A program made the position numbers and the translations under genes. The notes under the pieces were generated by a model. The model was given only the letters and a program-made list of their open reading frames with translations, searched no databases and was not told the origin of the DNA. From Williopsis jadinii (taxonomy: Eukaryota), in contig AP024664.1 in NCBI GenBank assembly GCA_024346625.1, positions 1,798,001 to 1,862,000 on the forward strand: DNA of 64,000 nt, read 5' to 3'. Position 1 is the first letter of the stretch, and each line of letters opens with the position of its first letter. Shown piece after piece: positions 10,179 to 22,046 of the stretch.

Positions 10179-11861
10179 ATGTCGAGTGGCTCCCCCCTTC
10201 TGGGATCATCAGACCAGCATGCGATATACTACTCCTCGGTGGAGAACAATGGCCAGATGTACGACGACCACATAGTCAACATGGAAGATGAGATCCTGGC
10301 CACCATGGGCTACAAGCAGGAGTTGAGGAGAGGCTACTCCACCTGGGAGATCTTTGGCATCGGCTTCTCGATCATGGGACTACTGCCAAGCATCGCCAGC
10401 ACGCTGTCCATGGGACTGGTGTGTGGTCCAGTAGGGCTAGTCTGGGGCTGGTTCCTGTCCGGGATCTTCTTGCTCACCATTGGACTATCTATGAGTGAAA
10501 TGGCGAGCTCACTGCCAACCTCTGGCGGCTTGTATTTCTGGGTGTACCATTTTGCACCGCGGTCATGGAAGATACCCATGTCGTTCTTCATCGGGATAAC
10601 CGACTCGATGTCTCTGGTGAGTGGCCTGTGCTCTGTTACGTATGGGCTGGCGGTGCAAATCATATCATGCCTCAATATATACGATGAGGCCATTGAGTGT
10701 GGTGAATCGCTGACTTTCCAGGTGTTTGTCCTCTGCATCTTGCTCCAGACGGTGCTGACTTGTGTCTCGTCCTCGGCATTGGCAAGGCTACAAGGGGCCA
10801 CGATTGCCATCAACTGCCTTATGATCTTGCTCTTTGTCGTTGTGCTTCCGTATGGGACGAAGAGGAACAAGGGCTCGTTGAACGAGGTTTCGTACGTCTT
10901 CAAGCACTTCGAGAACGCCAGCGATTGGCCCAATTTATGGTCTCTTCTCCAGTTCGGTATGATGCCAGCAATCTGGACAATAGGCTCCTTTGACGCATGT
11001 GTCTACATGTCCGAAGAGGCCCTCCACCCTTCTACTGCTGTCCCGATTGGTATCTTGGGCTCAATAACAGCGTGCTGGATCCTGGGGTTCGTAATAAATA
11101 TCGTCATCTGCCTGTGCATGCCCAAGGACATTGGACATCTCCTCAATTCCGAGCTGTCCCAGCCATTGGCACAGATCCTGCTGGATAACCTCGGTAGGGA
11201 ATGGGCCCTGACGTTCATGGTGTTGATCTCAGTCGGACAATTCCTGATGGGCTCGAGCGTTCTCGTTGCCATATCAAGACAGATTTGGTCGTTTGCGAGA
11301 GATGACGGCCTGCCCTTCGCAGACTATATCAAGGTGATCAACGAGAAGCTGGCCACACCTATAAGGGCCATCTGTATAAGCGCCTTAGTATCCATACTGC
11401 TGGGCACGATTGTTCTCCTGGGGTCAACAGCGGCCAATGCGTTGTTTTCGCTCTCCGTTATGAGTACATATCTGGCATGGGTCGCACCGCAGATCCTCAG
11501 ATTCTTGACCAAGGAGTCGTTATTCCTCCCCGGCAAGTTCTACATGGGCCACTCGTGGTCGTTGGTGGTCAACTGGATCGCAATTGTCTTCCAGGTGTTC
11601 ATCATCCTCATGTGCTGCTTCCCAGACACCATGCACGTCACTGCTGAGACCATGAACTACACCATCGTCGTCAACGGCATCGCTTGGCTTATCTCGGGCT
11701 GGTACTACTACTACCACAAGAAACACGTCTATAAAGGCCCGAAGTGTAACCTGGAAGGCTTGGACGAGGAGGAGGTTGAGATCATAGAGGAGATCATCGA
11801 AGGTATCTCTCCCGTGGTGAGTCTCGGCCCTGCTCCACGCTCCAAGAGAGACATGGCCTGA
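10179..11861 (+). CDS. UGA4: GABA/polyamine permease, APC superfamily (Uga4-like)
   Basis: MGYKQELRR, FGIGFSIMGLLPSIAST, EMASSLPTSGGLYFW, SRQIWSFARDDGLP; about 12 TM segments. Confidence 0.75.
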   Translation: MSSGSPLLGSSDQHAIYYSSVENNGQMYDDHIVNMEDEILATMGYKQELRRGYSTWEIFGIGFSIMGLLPSIASTLSMGLVCGPVGLVWGWFLSGIFLLTIGLSMSEMASSLPTSGGLYFWVYHFAPRSWKIPMSFFIGITDSMSLVSGLCSVTYGLAVQIISCLNIYDEAIECGESLTFQVFVLCILLQTVLTCVSSSALARLQGATIAINCLMILLFVVVLPYGTKRNKGSLNEVSYVFKHFENASDWPNLWSLLQFGMMPAIWTIGSFDACVYMSEEALHPSTAVPIGILGSITACWILGFVINIVICLCMPKDIGHLLNSELSQPLAQILLDNLGREWALTFMVLISVGQFLMGSSVLVAISRQIWSFARDDGLPFADYIKVINEKLATPIRAICISALVSILLGTIVLLGSTAANALFSLSVMSTYLAWVAPQILRFLTKESLFLPGKFYMGHSWSLVVNWIAIVFQVFIILMCCFPDTMHVTAETMNYTIVVNGIAWLISGWYYYYHKKHVYKGPKCNLEGLDEEEVEIIEEIIEGISPVVSLGPAPRSKRDMA

Positions 11862-12300
11862 GAGCTGTGTGCGCTCCCTTCTGCTAACCATATACACTCA
11901 TCTATATACACACCGGCAAATACCCACTGCTCCCAATTGATACCAGCTCTGTAGCCCAGACCAGCCTGTCCACGCACCACTGCTCATTAGTGTCATCCTC
12001 CTTATGTGTCATCCACCGCCATTCTGTCAATCCCATTGTATCAACGCATACAATGCAACTGAAGCGTCCCACTGCACGCCGCGCATCCACCTTAACCCGC
12101 AAGCCCGCTCCCTTCAGAATGCAGTGATGGAAGCTATCCAGCAGTGCACGGGCACGAGCACAGTACAGAGAGGACAGCTTAACCCGTGGCAGAAGGCCCA
12201 CGCCACAGATGCTGAGCTTGCCTTCCCTCGTCCACCAGCTCTGCGCTGCCACCAGTTCTACACCCCCAATTGCGGTCTTAGCAGCATACGGGACACATTC

Positions 12301-12387
12301 GCGTAGCCCAGCGTAGCCCAGCGTAGCCCAGCGTAGCCCAGCGTAGCCCAGCGTAGCCCAGCGTAGCCCAGCGTAGCCCAGCGTAGC
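12301..12387. repeat. Perfect 10-bp tandem repeat (GCGTAGCCCA) x8.7
   Basis: Eight exact copies plus a partial ninth, read directly. Confidence 0.97.
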
Positions 12388-12636
12388 ACACGCGGACACA
12401 TTGTCGGAGACCCAGCGTGGCCCAGCACACGCAGACGGGTGCGCTTTGAGCCATTTCCAGCAACCCAGCCCGCATTAACCGTAAACCCTCTATGACGTCG
12501 TAATCTTTATATATAAAGGGGGCATGCCACTGGCAGCCCAAATCAAGTTCTGCCAGAGATAGCCACCACCTCCTTGTTCTCAACATCCCCAGCTGCTGTT
12601 ATAGAACGTTCCAATTGGCTCACAATATAAGCAACA

Positions 12637-13644
12637 ATGGTCTCTGCACAAGCACCCGTCTCCCCGTACACACACGCATCAAAGTACTTCATCCACTCCC
12701 CCTTGTCCACCATCAACGAGGAGATCAAGGACGAGTTCAAGGGCATCAAGCTGTACTCCAAGGAGTACTACTACACGTGCACGCTCGGTGGTATCCTAGC
12801 GTGCGGTCCTACGCACAGTGCTGTGACTCCCCTTGACCTCGTCAAGTGCCGTCGCCAGGTGGATGCGCACCTGTACAAGTCCAACTTGGAGGGCTTCCGC
12901 TCCATCATCAAGACTGAGGGTTTCGGTGGTATCTTCACAGGAGTTGGTGCCACTGCGATCGGTTACTCGTTCCAAGGTGCCGGTAAGTACGGGTTCTACG
13001 AGTTCTTCAAGGAGCAGTACACCGAGCTGATGGGCCCCGAGTTTGCTAAGAACTACAACACCGTTGTGTACTTGGCCGCCTCTGCGAGTGCTGAGTTCTT
13101 GGCCGATATCATGCTCTGTCCATGGGAGGCCATCAAGGTGAAGACCCAGACCACGATCCCGCCTTATGCCACCGGTGTTCTCGACGGCTGGAAGAAGATC
13201 ACTGCTGCTGAGGGCGTGGCAGGCCTGTACAAGGGTATCGTTCCACTGTGGCTAAGGCAGATTCCTTACACCATGGTCAAGTTTGCAACCTTTGAGAAGG
13301 TTGTGGAGGCCATCTACTCCAAGGTGCTGTCCCGTCCAAAGAGAGAGTACACTGCTTTGCAACAGACCGGTGTCTCCTTCCTCGGTGGTTACATTGCTGG
13401 TATCTTCTGTGCCATCGTGTCTCATCCTGCTGATGTGATGGTGTCTAAGATCAACAACGAGAAGAAGGCCACTGAGAGCGTTGGTGAGGCTACAAAGAGA
13501 ATCTACGGCAAGATTGGTTTCGGCGGCTTGTGGAACGGTTTGGGTGTCAGAATCGTCATGATTGGTACCTTGACTGGTATGCAATGGCTGATCTATGACA
13601 GTTTCAAGGCATATGTTGGCCTGCCAACGACTGGTGGCCACTAG
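12637..13644 (+). CDS. PIC2: Mitochondrial phosphate/copper carrier Pic2
   Basis: [29 protein letters not shown], three carrier PxD/ExxK motifs, [12 protein letters not shown]18/JHD1/FCY2 nearby as in S. cerevisiae. Confidence 0.88.
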   Translation: MVSAQAPVSPYTHASKYFIHSPLSTINEEIKDEFKGIKLYSKEYYYTCTLGGILACGPTHSAVTPLDLVKCRRQVDAHLYKSNLEGFRSIIKTEGFGGIFTGVGATAIGYSFQGAGKYGFYEFFKEQYTELMGPEFAKNYNTVVYLAASASAEFLADIMLCPWEAIKVKTQTTIPPYATGVLDGWKKITAAEGVAGLYKGIVPLWLRQIPYTMVKFATFEKVVEAIYSKVLSRPKREYTALQQTGVSFLGGYIAGIFCAIVSHPADVMVSKINNEKKATESVGEATKRIYGKIGFGGLWNGLGVRIVMIGTLTGMQWLIYDSFKAYVGLPTTGGH

Positions 13645-13868
13645 AAGTTTGACTCTCTCGTATCTCTGCAATATATATTTCAATCTTTACAGGTGCTTGA
13701 ACCCATATGTGCTTAATACTCCGTTGCTTTAGTTGTAGTTGGGTAGTCATCACGACGTTTACAGGAGAACATAGGTAGAAGGTTGACAAGTGATGATGAT
13801 AATAAATAGCTGTAAATATAGAGAACGATTGCAGGAGAATAGAGAGAAGGGCTTGAATTGATAATCAC

Positions 13869-15410
13869 CTAGCGACCAAAATACTTGAGCTCAAATGGTC
13901 GGGCAACGTTGTAGGCAACAAAGGCAAAGGACATGGCTAACTCAAAGCCAATGTCAGCACCACCATATTCACCACCCTCGTTGATCTTCTCGCCGATAGG
14001 ACCAGTGAACCAGACTTGGTCCATGCCCATAAGGGCACCAAAGACACCAAAGCATATTCCGATTGTGCCTGCAATGCCAATTGGCAGCCTGGAGAAGTCA
14101 TTCCATGCGGTTATATCATAGCCCTTGAATCCCCTTCTATAGATGAAGTGCTCGGAAAGAGAGATTGCCTCGTAGATGGCCAGGTAGTAGCCGATCATGT
14201 TCATGAAGTTATCCATGACCTCTTCGAAATGGTAGTATGCTGGGATACAGATCACCAAGGTCAAGAAGTTACCAACAAGGGTCCAAACGACTCTTGGGAC
14301 TTTGACCAATGGTGACCAAAACGCCTGGGTACACAAGGCAATGGTGTACATGTTTGGAATGTTGTTTGCAACAGTGGACATGGCAAGGACCACTGAGCAG
14401 AATTGGCCAAACCCACCAAGGGAGTTCACTGAGAGCACTGCGAACATCAATCCACCAGCCTGATGGTCTGCGTAGTGCTCAGCCCACATGGAGTCCTTGA
14501 AAGTGCCAGAGTACACTGCTGCTCCCAACACTTGACAGAACACCAATGGTGTAAACAACCCAAGAACAATGCCGAAGAAGATCACTTTCTTCGGGTAATC
14601 CTTTCTAACGAACACGGTATAATCCGCAGAGTACGTTGTCCAGCCAGTGGCAAAACCATAGGTAGCACCTCCGAATGAAAGGACACCAGCTGCGGTTGCC
14701 TCACCACCAGTGAAGCCACCACCAGTGAAGTTACCAGACTTAGCCATCTGAACAATGAAGACGATGAAGACGGCCAGGTTGGGGATCCAGGCCCACTTCT
14801 CATACGCGTGCACCACCCTGTAACCGAAACAAGACACAATGATTGTCGATAGCACCAGCACCAGACAACCTGCCCATGGAGGCAAGGAATGTGGTCTGTT
14901 GACAGAGTTGAGCAGCTGGGCAGAGACCATGATGTTCACGGCACCCCAGCCGACACAGGCAATTGCTGTCACCAGGGCAAAGATTCTAGCGGCAAGGACA
15001 CCAGTAAGGTAACGGGAAAGGATCATCTGTCTGAGACCAAACTCTGGACCGAAACATGAGAAGAAGGCCACTGGTAATAATCCAATGATGTTGAAGAACA
15101 CAATGACAAACACAGATTGCCAAAAGGGCAGTCCCCAGATGGCCTGGCCCAGCATACCAAGGGACATTGCCGCAATGACCAGATTAGCAGAGAACCACAT
15201 GGAGGCCGAGGAGAACACGCCTTCCTTTGGGTTTCTCTGGTCTTCCGGGATTCTCTCAATGGAGTTGGACTCGGTGTTTAGCGCAGCCCACAGCCTCGAG
15301 TACCATGGAAGCTTCACATTCTCCACCGGTTCTTGTTCGTAGATTTCTTCATCTTGCGAAACTGAGAGTTGCTTCTCAACGTCGTACACTTTGGTATCAC
15401 TAATGGACAT
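13869..15410 (-). CDS. FCY2: Purine-cytosine permease (NCS1 family), copy A
   Basis: MWFSANLVIA, FGPEFGLRQMILSRY, GWTTYSADY, ANNIPNMY, RPFELKYFGR; first ATG at 15410 (ORF-track start is GTG). Confidence 0.9.
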   Translation of the reverse strand: MSISDTKVYDVEKQLSVSQDEEIYEQEPVENVKLPWYSRLWAALNTESNSIERIPEDQRNPKEGVFSSASMWFSANLVIAAMSLGMLGQAIWGLPFWQSVFVIVFFNIIGLLPVAFFSCFGPEFGLRQMILSRYLTGVLAARIFALVTAIACVGWGAVNIMVSAQLLNSVNRPHSLPPWAGCLVLVLSTIIVSCFGYRVVHAYEKWAWIPNLAVFIVFIVQMAKSGNFTGGGFTGGEATAAGVLSFGGATYGFATGWTTYSADYTVFVRKDYPKKVIFFGIVLGLFTPLVFCQVLGAAVYSGTFKDSMWAEHYADHQAGGLMFAVLSVNSLGGFGQFCSVVLAMSTVANNIPNMYTIALCTQAFWSPLVKVPRVVWTLVGNFLTLVICIPAYYHFEEVMDNFMNMIGYYLAIYEAISLSEHFIYRRGFKGYDITAWNDFSRLPIGIAGTIGICFGVFGALMGMDQVWFTGPIGEKINEGGEYGGADIGFELAMSFAFVAYNVARPFELKYFGR

Positions 15411-16630
15411 GGTCACAATTGGCTCTTTGGTCTCGGGATGGATCCCATGGAGTTGAAGTCAACGGGGACATTTCAGTCTCTCTTTATACCTTGGACATCT
15501 TGGCCATGTCCTGGTCAACAGACCAAGAATATGAATAAAAAATTTTCTGCTTTGGGCTCAAAATGATACATATTTCCAAGTCATCGTCCGCAGGGAATAA
15601 CCTTGTGCTATGGAAGTTGGGCATGTGCGAGCGGGACATAATCACCAAGACCAAGACAATTTCAGCTTATCGGTCAAGAGAGTGGGAAAAGTAATAATAA
15701 TCTTGCAAGGCAAACTAATCGCCCTGGGGATTGGCGATTACCTGTGGATTCTCTTTGTGGAGGTAGAACGCGTGTGATCGCTTGGCGCACTTTGCCGTTC
15801 GTTCGTAGATCTGTGAATAATCAGCGATAAGTGGACCTGTTGGCCATGGCCATAATAACGTGGTGTAAGAATAAAGTGGTCATGGTGATGAGGTTGGTCT
15901 CACAGAAAAGAAAGAGACGGAAAAAGTGATGTTGATCTGTTCACGACGACCAAGTGGCTGACAAAACAGGGGCATAGCAACTGCAGCAGGGTTCCCCTTT
16001 TTTGCATTTCATGGAGACGGTTAACGCCAAACCGTAATAGCGCACTCATACAGTTCGTAAAAAGTGTCAAGCTCAGCACTTTCTGCTTGAAGTATGCGAG
16101 AAAGAAAAGACACATACAAAATGTACAAAAAAGTGTCTTTAAGGTTCCGCCGTTGCCTTATCTTCTCGCCCTCTCTGCTCGGGAGAACCGTTGGGACAAA
16201 AACCAGTCTTGAGTCCTTCGGATAAACCGTCGGAATTTTTTGCCTGTCCATATCGTTTGTCCAAGTCGTTTGTCTTTGCGCCCACCACATGTCTGAGAAA
16301 ACACCCGGACATCACAGTGAGACGGAACTTCCCGTCATAAATCGTCCCACCGGCTTTCCCTGCGGATTTGGGTGGGGGAGCATTTTGTGTATACTTTCTC
16401 TTTGGTCTTTTTTTTTGGTGCTCTCTGGGACATTTTGGTGGTTTTGTCCAAAGAGTTTCTCTGCACCGTTGTGTCTACGCATTTGAGAGGTCCCCCTAGA
16501 CGTAATAGGAAAGGTACATTCAGTGTGCACTTGGCCGTTATCTGTCTGTTTTGTTCCGTGAAACGTGGGCTTGTCCTTTTACGTCCTGCGCTTACTTGTG
16601 TATCCATTTTGCTTTGGCTGAAAAGACACA

Positions 16631-17788
16631 ATGTTCAAAAGGTTACTTCATACAACCGTCCCGGTGTTCTCCAGGGCTTCAAAGCTACAACACCATCTGA
16701 AGCCTGGTGGGCCTGACTCGATGCTGTCATTCGAGCAGGAATATGCGATAAGATCGTCACTGGAAAGATTCATATCGGATTACAGCTCAAAGCAACTGCC
16801 TCAGATTACTCTAAACTCGTTGATTGAGTTGGCAAAATCGGATTCAAAGACTAGAGGCAAAGCCACTGTGGACTATATGACCATCTACAACGCAAAGAGA
16901 TTGGCAGCGTTCAGACACTTACCTTACCTTGTTGTTTTGAACCCCCATATCGCCGAAACGTATAGCCATTACCTCAGATCTCTAGAGCTGTTGTTGCAAT
17001 TGCAGCGAGTTGAAGACCCACAAAGGATCCACGACGTGCTGTGCCAAGTTACAGATATCCATGCGGATGCTATCCCGTCCTTATCACAGGGATTTCAAGA
17101 GGTTTCAAGATTCCATCCAAGAGACCAAATCGTAAGCTTCCTGAACGATCACTTCAGGGACAAGATCAACATGGAAACGATATCCTCCAATTATGTGACC
17201 CAACACCAGAATTTGGAAGACCATGTTGGTATTGTATATGCCAAAATGAAGCCTTCTGAACTGATCAACATCCTCGCAGGCTATGTCAACGATATGACGT
17301 TTATAAAGTACTACAAGACGGTCCCAGTGAAGGTGGACTTTGGTGAAGATATCGAATTCCCCTATATCCGTCACCATTTTGAATACGTGTGCACGGAACT
17401 GTTGAAGAATGCCATAAGGGCACAGATTGAAACAGATAGATTGGATTCCCCTGTTCTTGTCACCATCGTGCAAGACACTTCACCATCGGGCCATCGTACG
17501 CTGAGTCTTCGATTCCGTGATGAAGGTGGTGGTATAAGCCCAGATATTGAGGCTAATGTCTTTGACTATTCCTTCACCTCCGTGGAGGCACAGGAGAAGC
17601 TGAACGGTATGGGAGACAACGTCATGCCTGGTGAAGACCTTGCAATGGTTGCCGGCATGGGCTATGGCTTGCCCTTGACGAAGGCCTATGTTGAACAATT
17701 TGGTGGTAAGTTGGAATTGCAAAGTTGTTATGGCTTAGGAACTGATGTATACGTTACACTGATTGGACCTGACACCGCACTGCTGTGA
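16631..17788 (+). CDS. PKP1: Mitochondrial pyruvate dehydrogenase kinase Pkp1
   Basis: LPYLVVLNPHI, ELLKNAIRA, DEGGGI, VAGMGYGLPLTKAYVEQFGG (GHKL ATPase); presequence-like N-terminus; AGE2 nearby. Confidence 0.85.
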   Translation: MFKRLLHTTVPVFSRASKLQHHLKPGGPDSMLSFEQEYAIRSSLERFISDYSSKQLPQITLNSLIELAKSDSKTRGKATVDYMTIYNAKRLAAFRHLPYLVVLNPHIAETYSHYLRSLELLLQLQRVEDPQRIHDVLCQVTDIHADAIPSLSQGFQEVSRFHPRDQIVSFLNDHFRDKINMETISSNYVTQHQNLEDHVGIVYAKMKPSELINILAGYVNDMTFIKYYKTVPVKVDFGEDIEFPYIRHHFEYVCTELLKNAIRAQIETDRLDSPVLVTIVQDTSPSGHRTLSLRFRDEGGGISPDIEANVFDYSFTSVEAQEKLNGMGDNVMPGEDLAMVAGMGYGLPLTKAYVEQFGGKLELQSCYGLGTDVYVTLIGPDTALL

Positions 17789-17898
17789 TGGCTGCTCATT
17801 CTTTACACCGTGAAACCCGCTTTTCGTCTACCTCTCGTATACATATTTATATTTACATGAATTCATGAACAAATCTTTATATACACATATACACACGC

Positions 17899-18354
17899 TC
17901 AGTTCTTATGTGTAAGCTTTGATACGTCTTGGTGCACACTGCTCAGCAATCCGGCAGCGATGGCTCTCTTTATCGACTTGGCCAATCTCTTCTGGTTCTT
18001 CACGCTCAGCTTCGTCACCTCTCTTGGGAGTATTCTGCCAGTAGACGTCATGTAGTTGCTGAGCATCTTAGTCTCGAGGTAGAAGTCCAGCGGGTTCAGC
18101 TTCTTCTCGTCAAACATCTTGTGGCTGATGTTCTCCTTGGCCTTTCTACGCTCCAGTCTGATCTTCGCCATACTGAAGTCAAAGGGATCGTACAGAGTGT
18201 CAGCGTTCAAAGAACGGGTCGCACTTGGAATGATGTTGATGCTACTCTGAACCGGCGCCCTCTCGAGCGGCTCGCCCATGATGCCGTTGTTCTTAGCGGC
18301 ACTCTTCACCCTCGCAGCGGATGTGGAGAACAAGCGTGTACAGTGCTTAAACAT
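17899..18354 (-). CDS. RSM18: Mitochondrial ribosomal protein bS18m
   Basis: YDPFDFSM, LSNYMTSTGRILPREVTKLSVKNQKRLAKSIKRA; divergent from JHD1. Confidence 0.9.
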   Translation of the reverse strand: MFKHCTRLFSTSAARVKSAAKNNGIMGEPLERAPVQSSINIIPSATRSLNADTLYDPFDFSMAKIRLERRKAKENISHKMFDEKKLNPLDFYLETKMLSNYMTSTGRILPREVTKLSVKNQKRLAKSIKRAIAAGLLSSVHQDVSKLTHKN

Positions 18355-18636
18355 GTTTTAATTCCCGTTTCGATGCTTGTTTCGATGCTTCTTTCACTGC
18401 TGAAGCACTCAAAATGCCAACGTTGACTGGTTTTTTCAGCGGATTTTTCTAAGGCCCTTGGAGATTTGTCTGTTTTTGTGGCCCGTGAAAATTTACATCC
18501 AGTGCTGCGCCTACCAGATAGCTATGTCCTTATTTTAGTATACGACGAAGAAGCACCCACCACGAAGCGATGAGCGTACGGCCTCTAACCGTTGGTGGAA
18601 GGTGTGCTGCCGTTATCCTGTTGCGACTGTTACAAT

Positions 18637-20088
18637 ATGAGTGATGAAGAGTGGAGCAGCTGCTCGCGCTGTGCTGAGTACCAAGGCACGGTCCCTCTCA
18701 AGCAGACATGGATCTCATGCGACATATGCTCAAAGTGGTACCATACTCACTGTCTCTCTCTGACAAGACATGACATCTCGAGGATAAAGGAGTACCATTG
18801 TCCGGAGTGTGCTGCTGAGCATGGTGGGACGGTGTGGATGAGAAGCTCTGGCAGAAAGAGGAACAAGGTGGACTACAAGGCGCTAGATGAGGGTGATGTT
18901 GACGATGCGATAATACAGACAGAACACCCGCATATTGCAGCGTTCAAAGAGTGGGCGGGTGATGGTGCCATTGACGAGCTGGCGGGAGATGAATTGACAT
19001 TGGAGTATGCACTCAGGACACGGATACCGAAGCCTGTAAAGATTCCGAGTGCCAGGACGCAAGGGCTGGGGTTCACGATTCCGAAATTTGACGTTGATGA
19101 CCTCGTAAGCAGTATGGGCGAGGATCATTACATGGAGGTTATGGATGTGTTGACGCAGAATGGCACCAGGGATAAATGGCAATTGGGTAAATGGAGAGAC
19201 TATTTCAAGTCCTCTGAAGAGGCGAGGGAAAGAATCTTCAACGTGCTATCGTTGGAGATTTCAAACTGTTCTGTTGGTGAAGCCATAAAGAGACCCATAT
19301 ACGTGGAACAAGTTGACCTCGTGGATAAACTATGGCCAGATGAGCTTTCTGGGAAGCCAATTGTCCAGAAGTATTGTTTAATGGGCGTGAAGGATTCTTA
19401 CACGGATTTTCATTTGGACTTTGCCGGCACTAGCGTTTACTACACCGTCATATATGGTGAGAAATCGTTCATGTTCTTCCCTCCCACAGAGCATAACTTG
19501 AAGAAGTACGTGCAATGGATAACCACTTCTTCGCTAACTAGCCAATTCCTGGGGAATCTGGGCTTAGAACAAGGGGTTAAAGTCACATTGCTTCCAGGTG
19601 ACGTTATGATTATCCCCTCTGGTTGGATCCATGCCGTCTATACACCAGTGGATACGCTCGTTGTCGGTGGTAACTTCCTAACCAGCTTCAACATTAGCGA
19701 ACAGTTGAAGATCATAGATATTGAAATTAGGACCAAAGTTGACAAGAAGTTCAAGTTCCCCAATTTCAACAAATTGATGTTTTTAACTGCATGGGCAGTA
19801 CTTGAAGGGAAGTTATTGTTGGACGTTGATATCGATAAACAGGGCTCGCTGGAACTGGTTGGCTTTCTTAAGAGTTGTTTAGCCAGAAAGAACGAGCACC
19901 ACCAAGCTGTGCCAGTTAAAGTCGTTGGTAACGGGAAAGTTCTTGTTCGTAAATTCGAACAATTTGTCAATGACCATTATGAGGTCAAAATGGAACATGT
20001 TGATCAGGAGATTAAGAAGGAATCACCCACGGGAAAACGTTCATTGGAGGTTAAACAGAGTGTTATCGTCAAGAAGGCTAAGCACTAA
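18637..20088 (+). CDS. JHD1: PHD + JmjC histone H3K36 demethylase Jhd1
   Basis: PHD finger (WISCDICSKWYHTHC...YHCPEC), JmjC YTDFHLDFAGTSVYY and IPSGWIHAVYTP; first ATG at 18637. Confidence 0.92.
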   Translation: MSDEEWSSCSRCAEYQGTVPLKQTWISCDICSKWYHTHCLSLTRHDISRIKEYHCPECAAEHGGTVWMRSSGRKRNKVDYKALDEGDVDDAIIQTEHPHIAAFKEWAGDGAIDELAGDELTLEYALRTRIPKPVKIPSARTQGLGFTIPKFDVDDLVSSMGEDHYMEVMDVLTQNGTRDKWQLGKWRDYFKSSEEARERIFNVLSLEISNCSVGEAIKRPIYVEQVDLVDKLWPDELSGKPIVQKYCLMGVKDSYTDFHLDFAGTSVYYTVIYGEKSFMFFPPTEHNLKKYVQWITTSSLTSQFLGNLGLEQGVKVTLLPGDVMIIPSGWIHAVYTPVDTLVVGGNFLTSFNISEQLKIIDIEIRTKVDKKFKFPNFNKLMFLTAWAVLEGKLLLDVDIDKQGSLELVGFLKSCLARKNEHHQAVPVKVVGNGKVLVRKFEQFVNDHYEVKMEHVDQEIKKESPTGKRSLEVKQSVIVKKAKH

Positions 20089-20200
20089 CTATATCTGTAC
20101 ATAAATGTGGAAATGATGAAGAAACTGTCTACTCTATAACGCCCATTTGTTTCTGCGTGTATGCTTTTGTACGTACGCATTCATGTATACAGCAACCTGT

Positions 20201-21307
20201 TCAATTCCAAACGTTCTTGAAGAGGTCATCATCTAGGCCCCTAACGTTGTTCAAGGACTGCTGGTTGGTCTGACTAGGAGCAGTGTAGTTAGACCATTCG
20301 TTTTGTACTCCATATTGCTGTTGAGGTTGAGGTTGTTGCTGTTGCTGTGGGCGAGAGTTGAAGTTCAATCCAGCTAAAGAGTTGTTCTGAGACAAGGATT
20401 GTACCGAAGAACCATTTCCAGAAGAATGTGCACTAGCATTGCTATAACCAGGCCCATTGAGAAAAGAAGGAGCACTGTTAGTGGCCATTGGTGCAGAGTA
20501 CAGGGAGAGGATACTCTTTTTCAAATCAGGTCTTGCATTCTGAGCATTCGCCTGCTGCTGCTGTTGCTGTTGCTGTTGTTGCTGCTGTTGCTGTTGTTGC
20601 TGTTGCTGCTGTTGCTGTTGTTGTAAATGGGTTTGGTGGTGTGGAACTCGTTGCTGTTGAGTTGAAAATTGTTGTTGGCGATGATACTGGTTACCTGTCA
20701 ATGGCGTGGATGTACGAGATGGAGGCTGGGACTGTGTCACGTTCTGAGCAGCTGTGGAAGAGATTGGAGAGCCAAATTCCAAATCCAATAGCTGTGATGA
20801 TGAGAACGATGTCGCAAGGACCGGACGACGAGGGTTCGCAGAAGCTCCGTGGGCACTGTTGGCGGTAGGTGTCGCTGGAGCGGTGGAGGAAATGTTGGAG
20901 GCTGGGGCCTGACCAGAAAGGCTCTGTGGATCTGGTATTGGCCCATTGGCCCACTTCTTCAAGTCGTACTTGGTTCTGATAAAGTTCTCAATCTTACCGC
21001 CATCCGGGACATAACCTTCTGGTAGGTTGTGTTCCCAATACTCGTTGGCCTTAGCGTTACCCCAGAGAACCATACTCTTCACCTGTTCATCAGTCCACGT
21101 ATCCAGATCAACAGACTTCACACGAGAGATGTGCGTACCAAGCGAGCGGTGGATCCCTGAGCAGCGAATACAGATGAAGATACCCAGGTTCCAAGAGGCC
21201 CATCTGGGATGAGAGGACGTCTTACAATCAGCACAGTGGGAGTTGGAAGGATCACGTAGCAGCGTCTTCAGTATCTGCAAGTTCTTGTCATTCGCACGTC
21301 GAGACAT
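20201..21307 (-). CDS. AGE2: ARF GTPase-activating protein Age2 (SMAP-like)
   Basis: ArfGAP zinc finger CADC...WASWNLGIFICIRCSGIHRSLGTHISRVKSVDLD; RPDLKKSILSLY; ends DDDLFKNVWN; polyQ tract. Confidence 0.88.
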   Translation of the reverse strand: MSRRANDKNLQILKTLLRDPSNSHCADCKTSSHPRWASWNLGIFICIRCSGIHRSLGTHISRVKSVDLDTWTDEQVKSMVLWGNAKANEYWEHNLPEGYVPDGGKIENFIRTKYDLKKWANGPIPDPQSLSGQAPASNISSTAPATPTANSAHGASANPRRPVLATSFSSSQLLDLEFGSPISSTAAQNVTQSQPPSRTSTPLTGNQYHRQQQFSTQQQRVPHHQTHLQQQQQQQQQQQQQQQQQQQQQQQQANAQNARPDLKKSILSLYSAPMATNSAPSFLNGPGYSNASAHSSGNGSSVQSLSQNNSLAGLNFNSRPQQQQQPQPQQQYGVQNEWSNYTAPSQTNQQSLNNVRGLDDDLFKNVWN

Positions 21308-22046
21308 CTTCCTCAGTGACCGGTGGAGTGTGGTGCTCTACGTCTCTCGCGGGCAACAGGGGCGATGGCGGAACAGTGATAATTCGACTTATGTCTGCTC
21401 TTGTTCGTTCACCGTCAGTGTGCGGGTTCGAGTGTGTTGGCCTGATTCGTGGGTACAGCGACAAGTCCGTCCGCTAGGTAGGGTAACCCCTGGTTTATGG
21501 GGGGCAGGTAATTTGGTGGCAGAGTACACGCAAACGATTGGCTAATTGGTGGTTTACAATGAGAGTGCCTTCTACATATTGACCATGTGGTTGTATCGCT
21601 TGCTGTGTTTTAAAATCAACGTTTTGAACCCAACGTTTTAGCCAAATGTGTTGTTATGAGACGTCCCAGCACAGGAGGTGGAAACGGGGGCCTTGGCCCA
21701 GCTTGCTAGGCCGAAAAGGGGGGGAGAGACTTTCCCAGCGAACGGGGCGCTGGACAGACAGAGCGAAACAGCGACCTGTTTAGACGGAAGACGATTTAGA
21801 AGGAGAGGGAGGGAAAAAAGTACAGCATCCTGTTTCACGGTATATATGGCCAGCTCCATTGCATTGCACACTAAGATATAGCCATATACCTAGCAGACGA
21901 GACTGCATTCTGTTGTATATACGATCCAAACGATTGTTCTGTTGTTTCCCGTTCCTTCAAAGCTTCCAACATTGAGACGTCGACCAGCGTTGTTGTTACA
22001 ACAAAACACGATCTCCAGGTCCTCTACACGTTCAGAGAGTGGCGAT

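Noticed and set aside
11902..12586. ORFs with WATLGYAGLR repeats; CRISPR-like look of the array
   Set aside because: Translations of a spacer-less 10-bp tandem repeat in a eukaryotic promoter; not coding and not CRISPR
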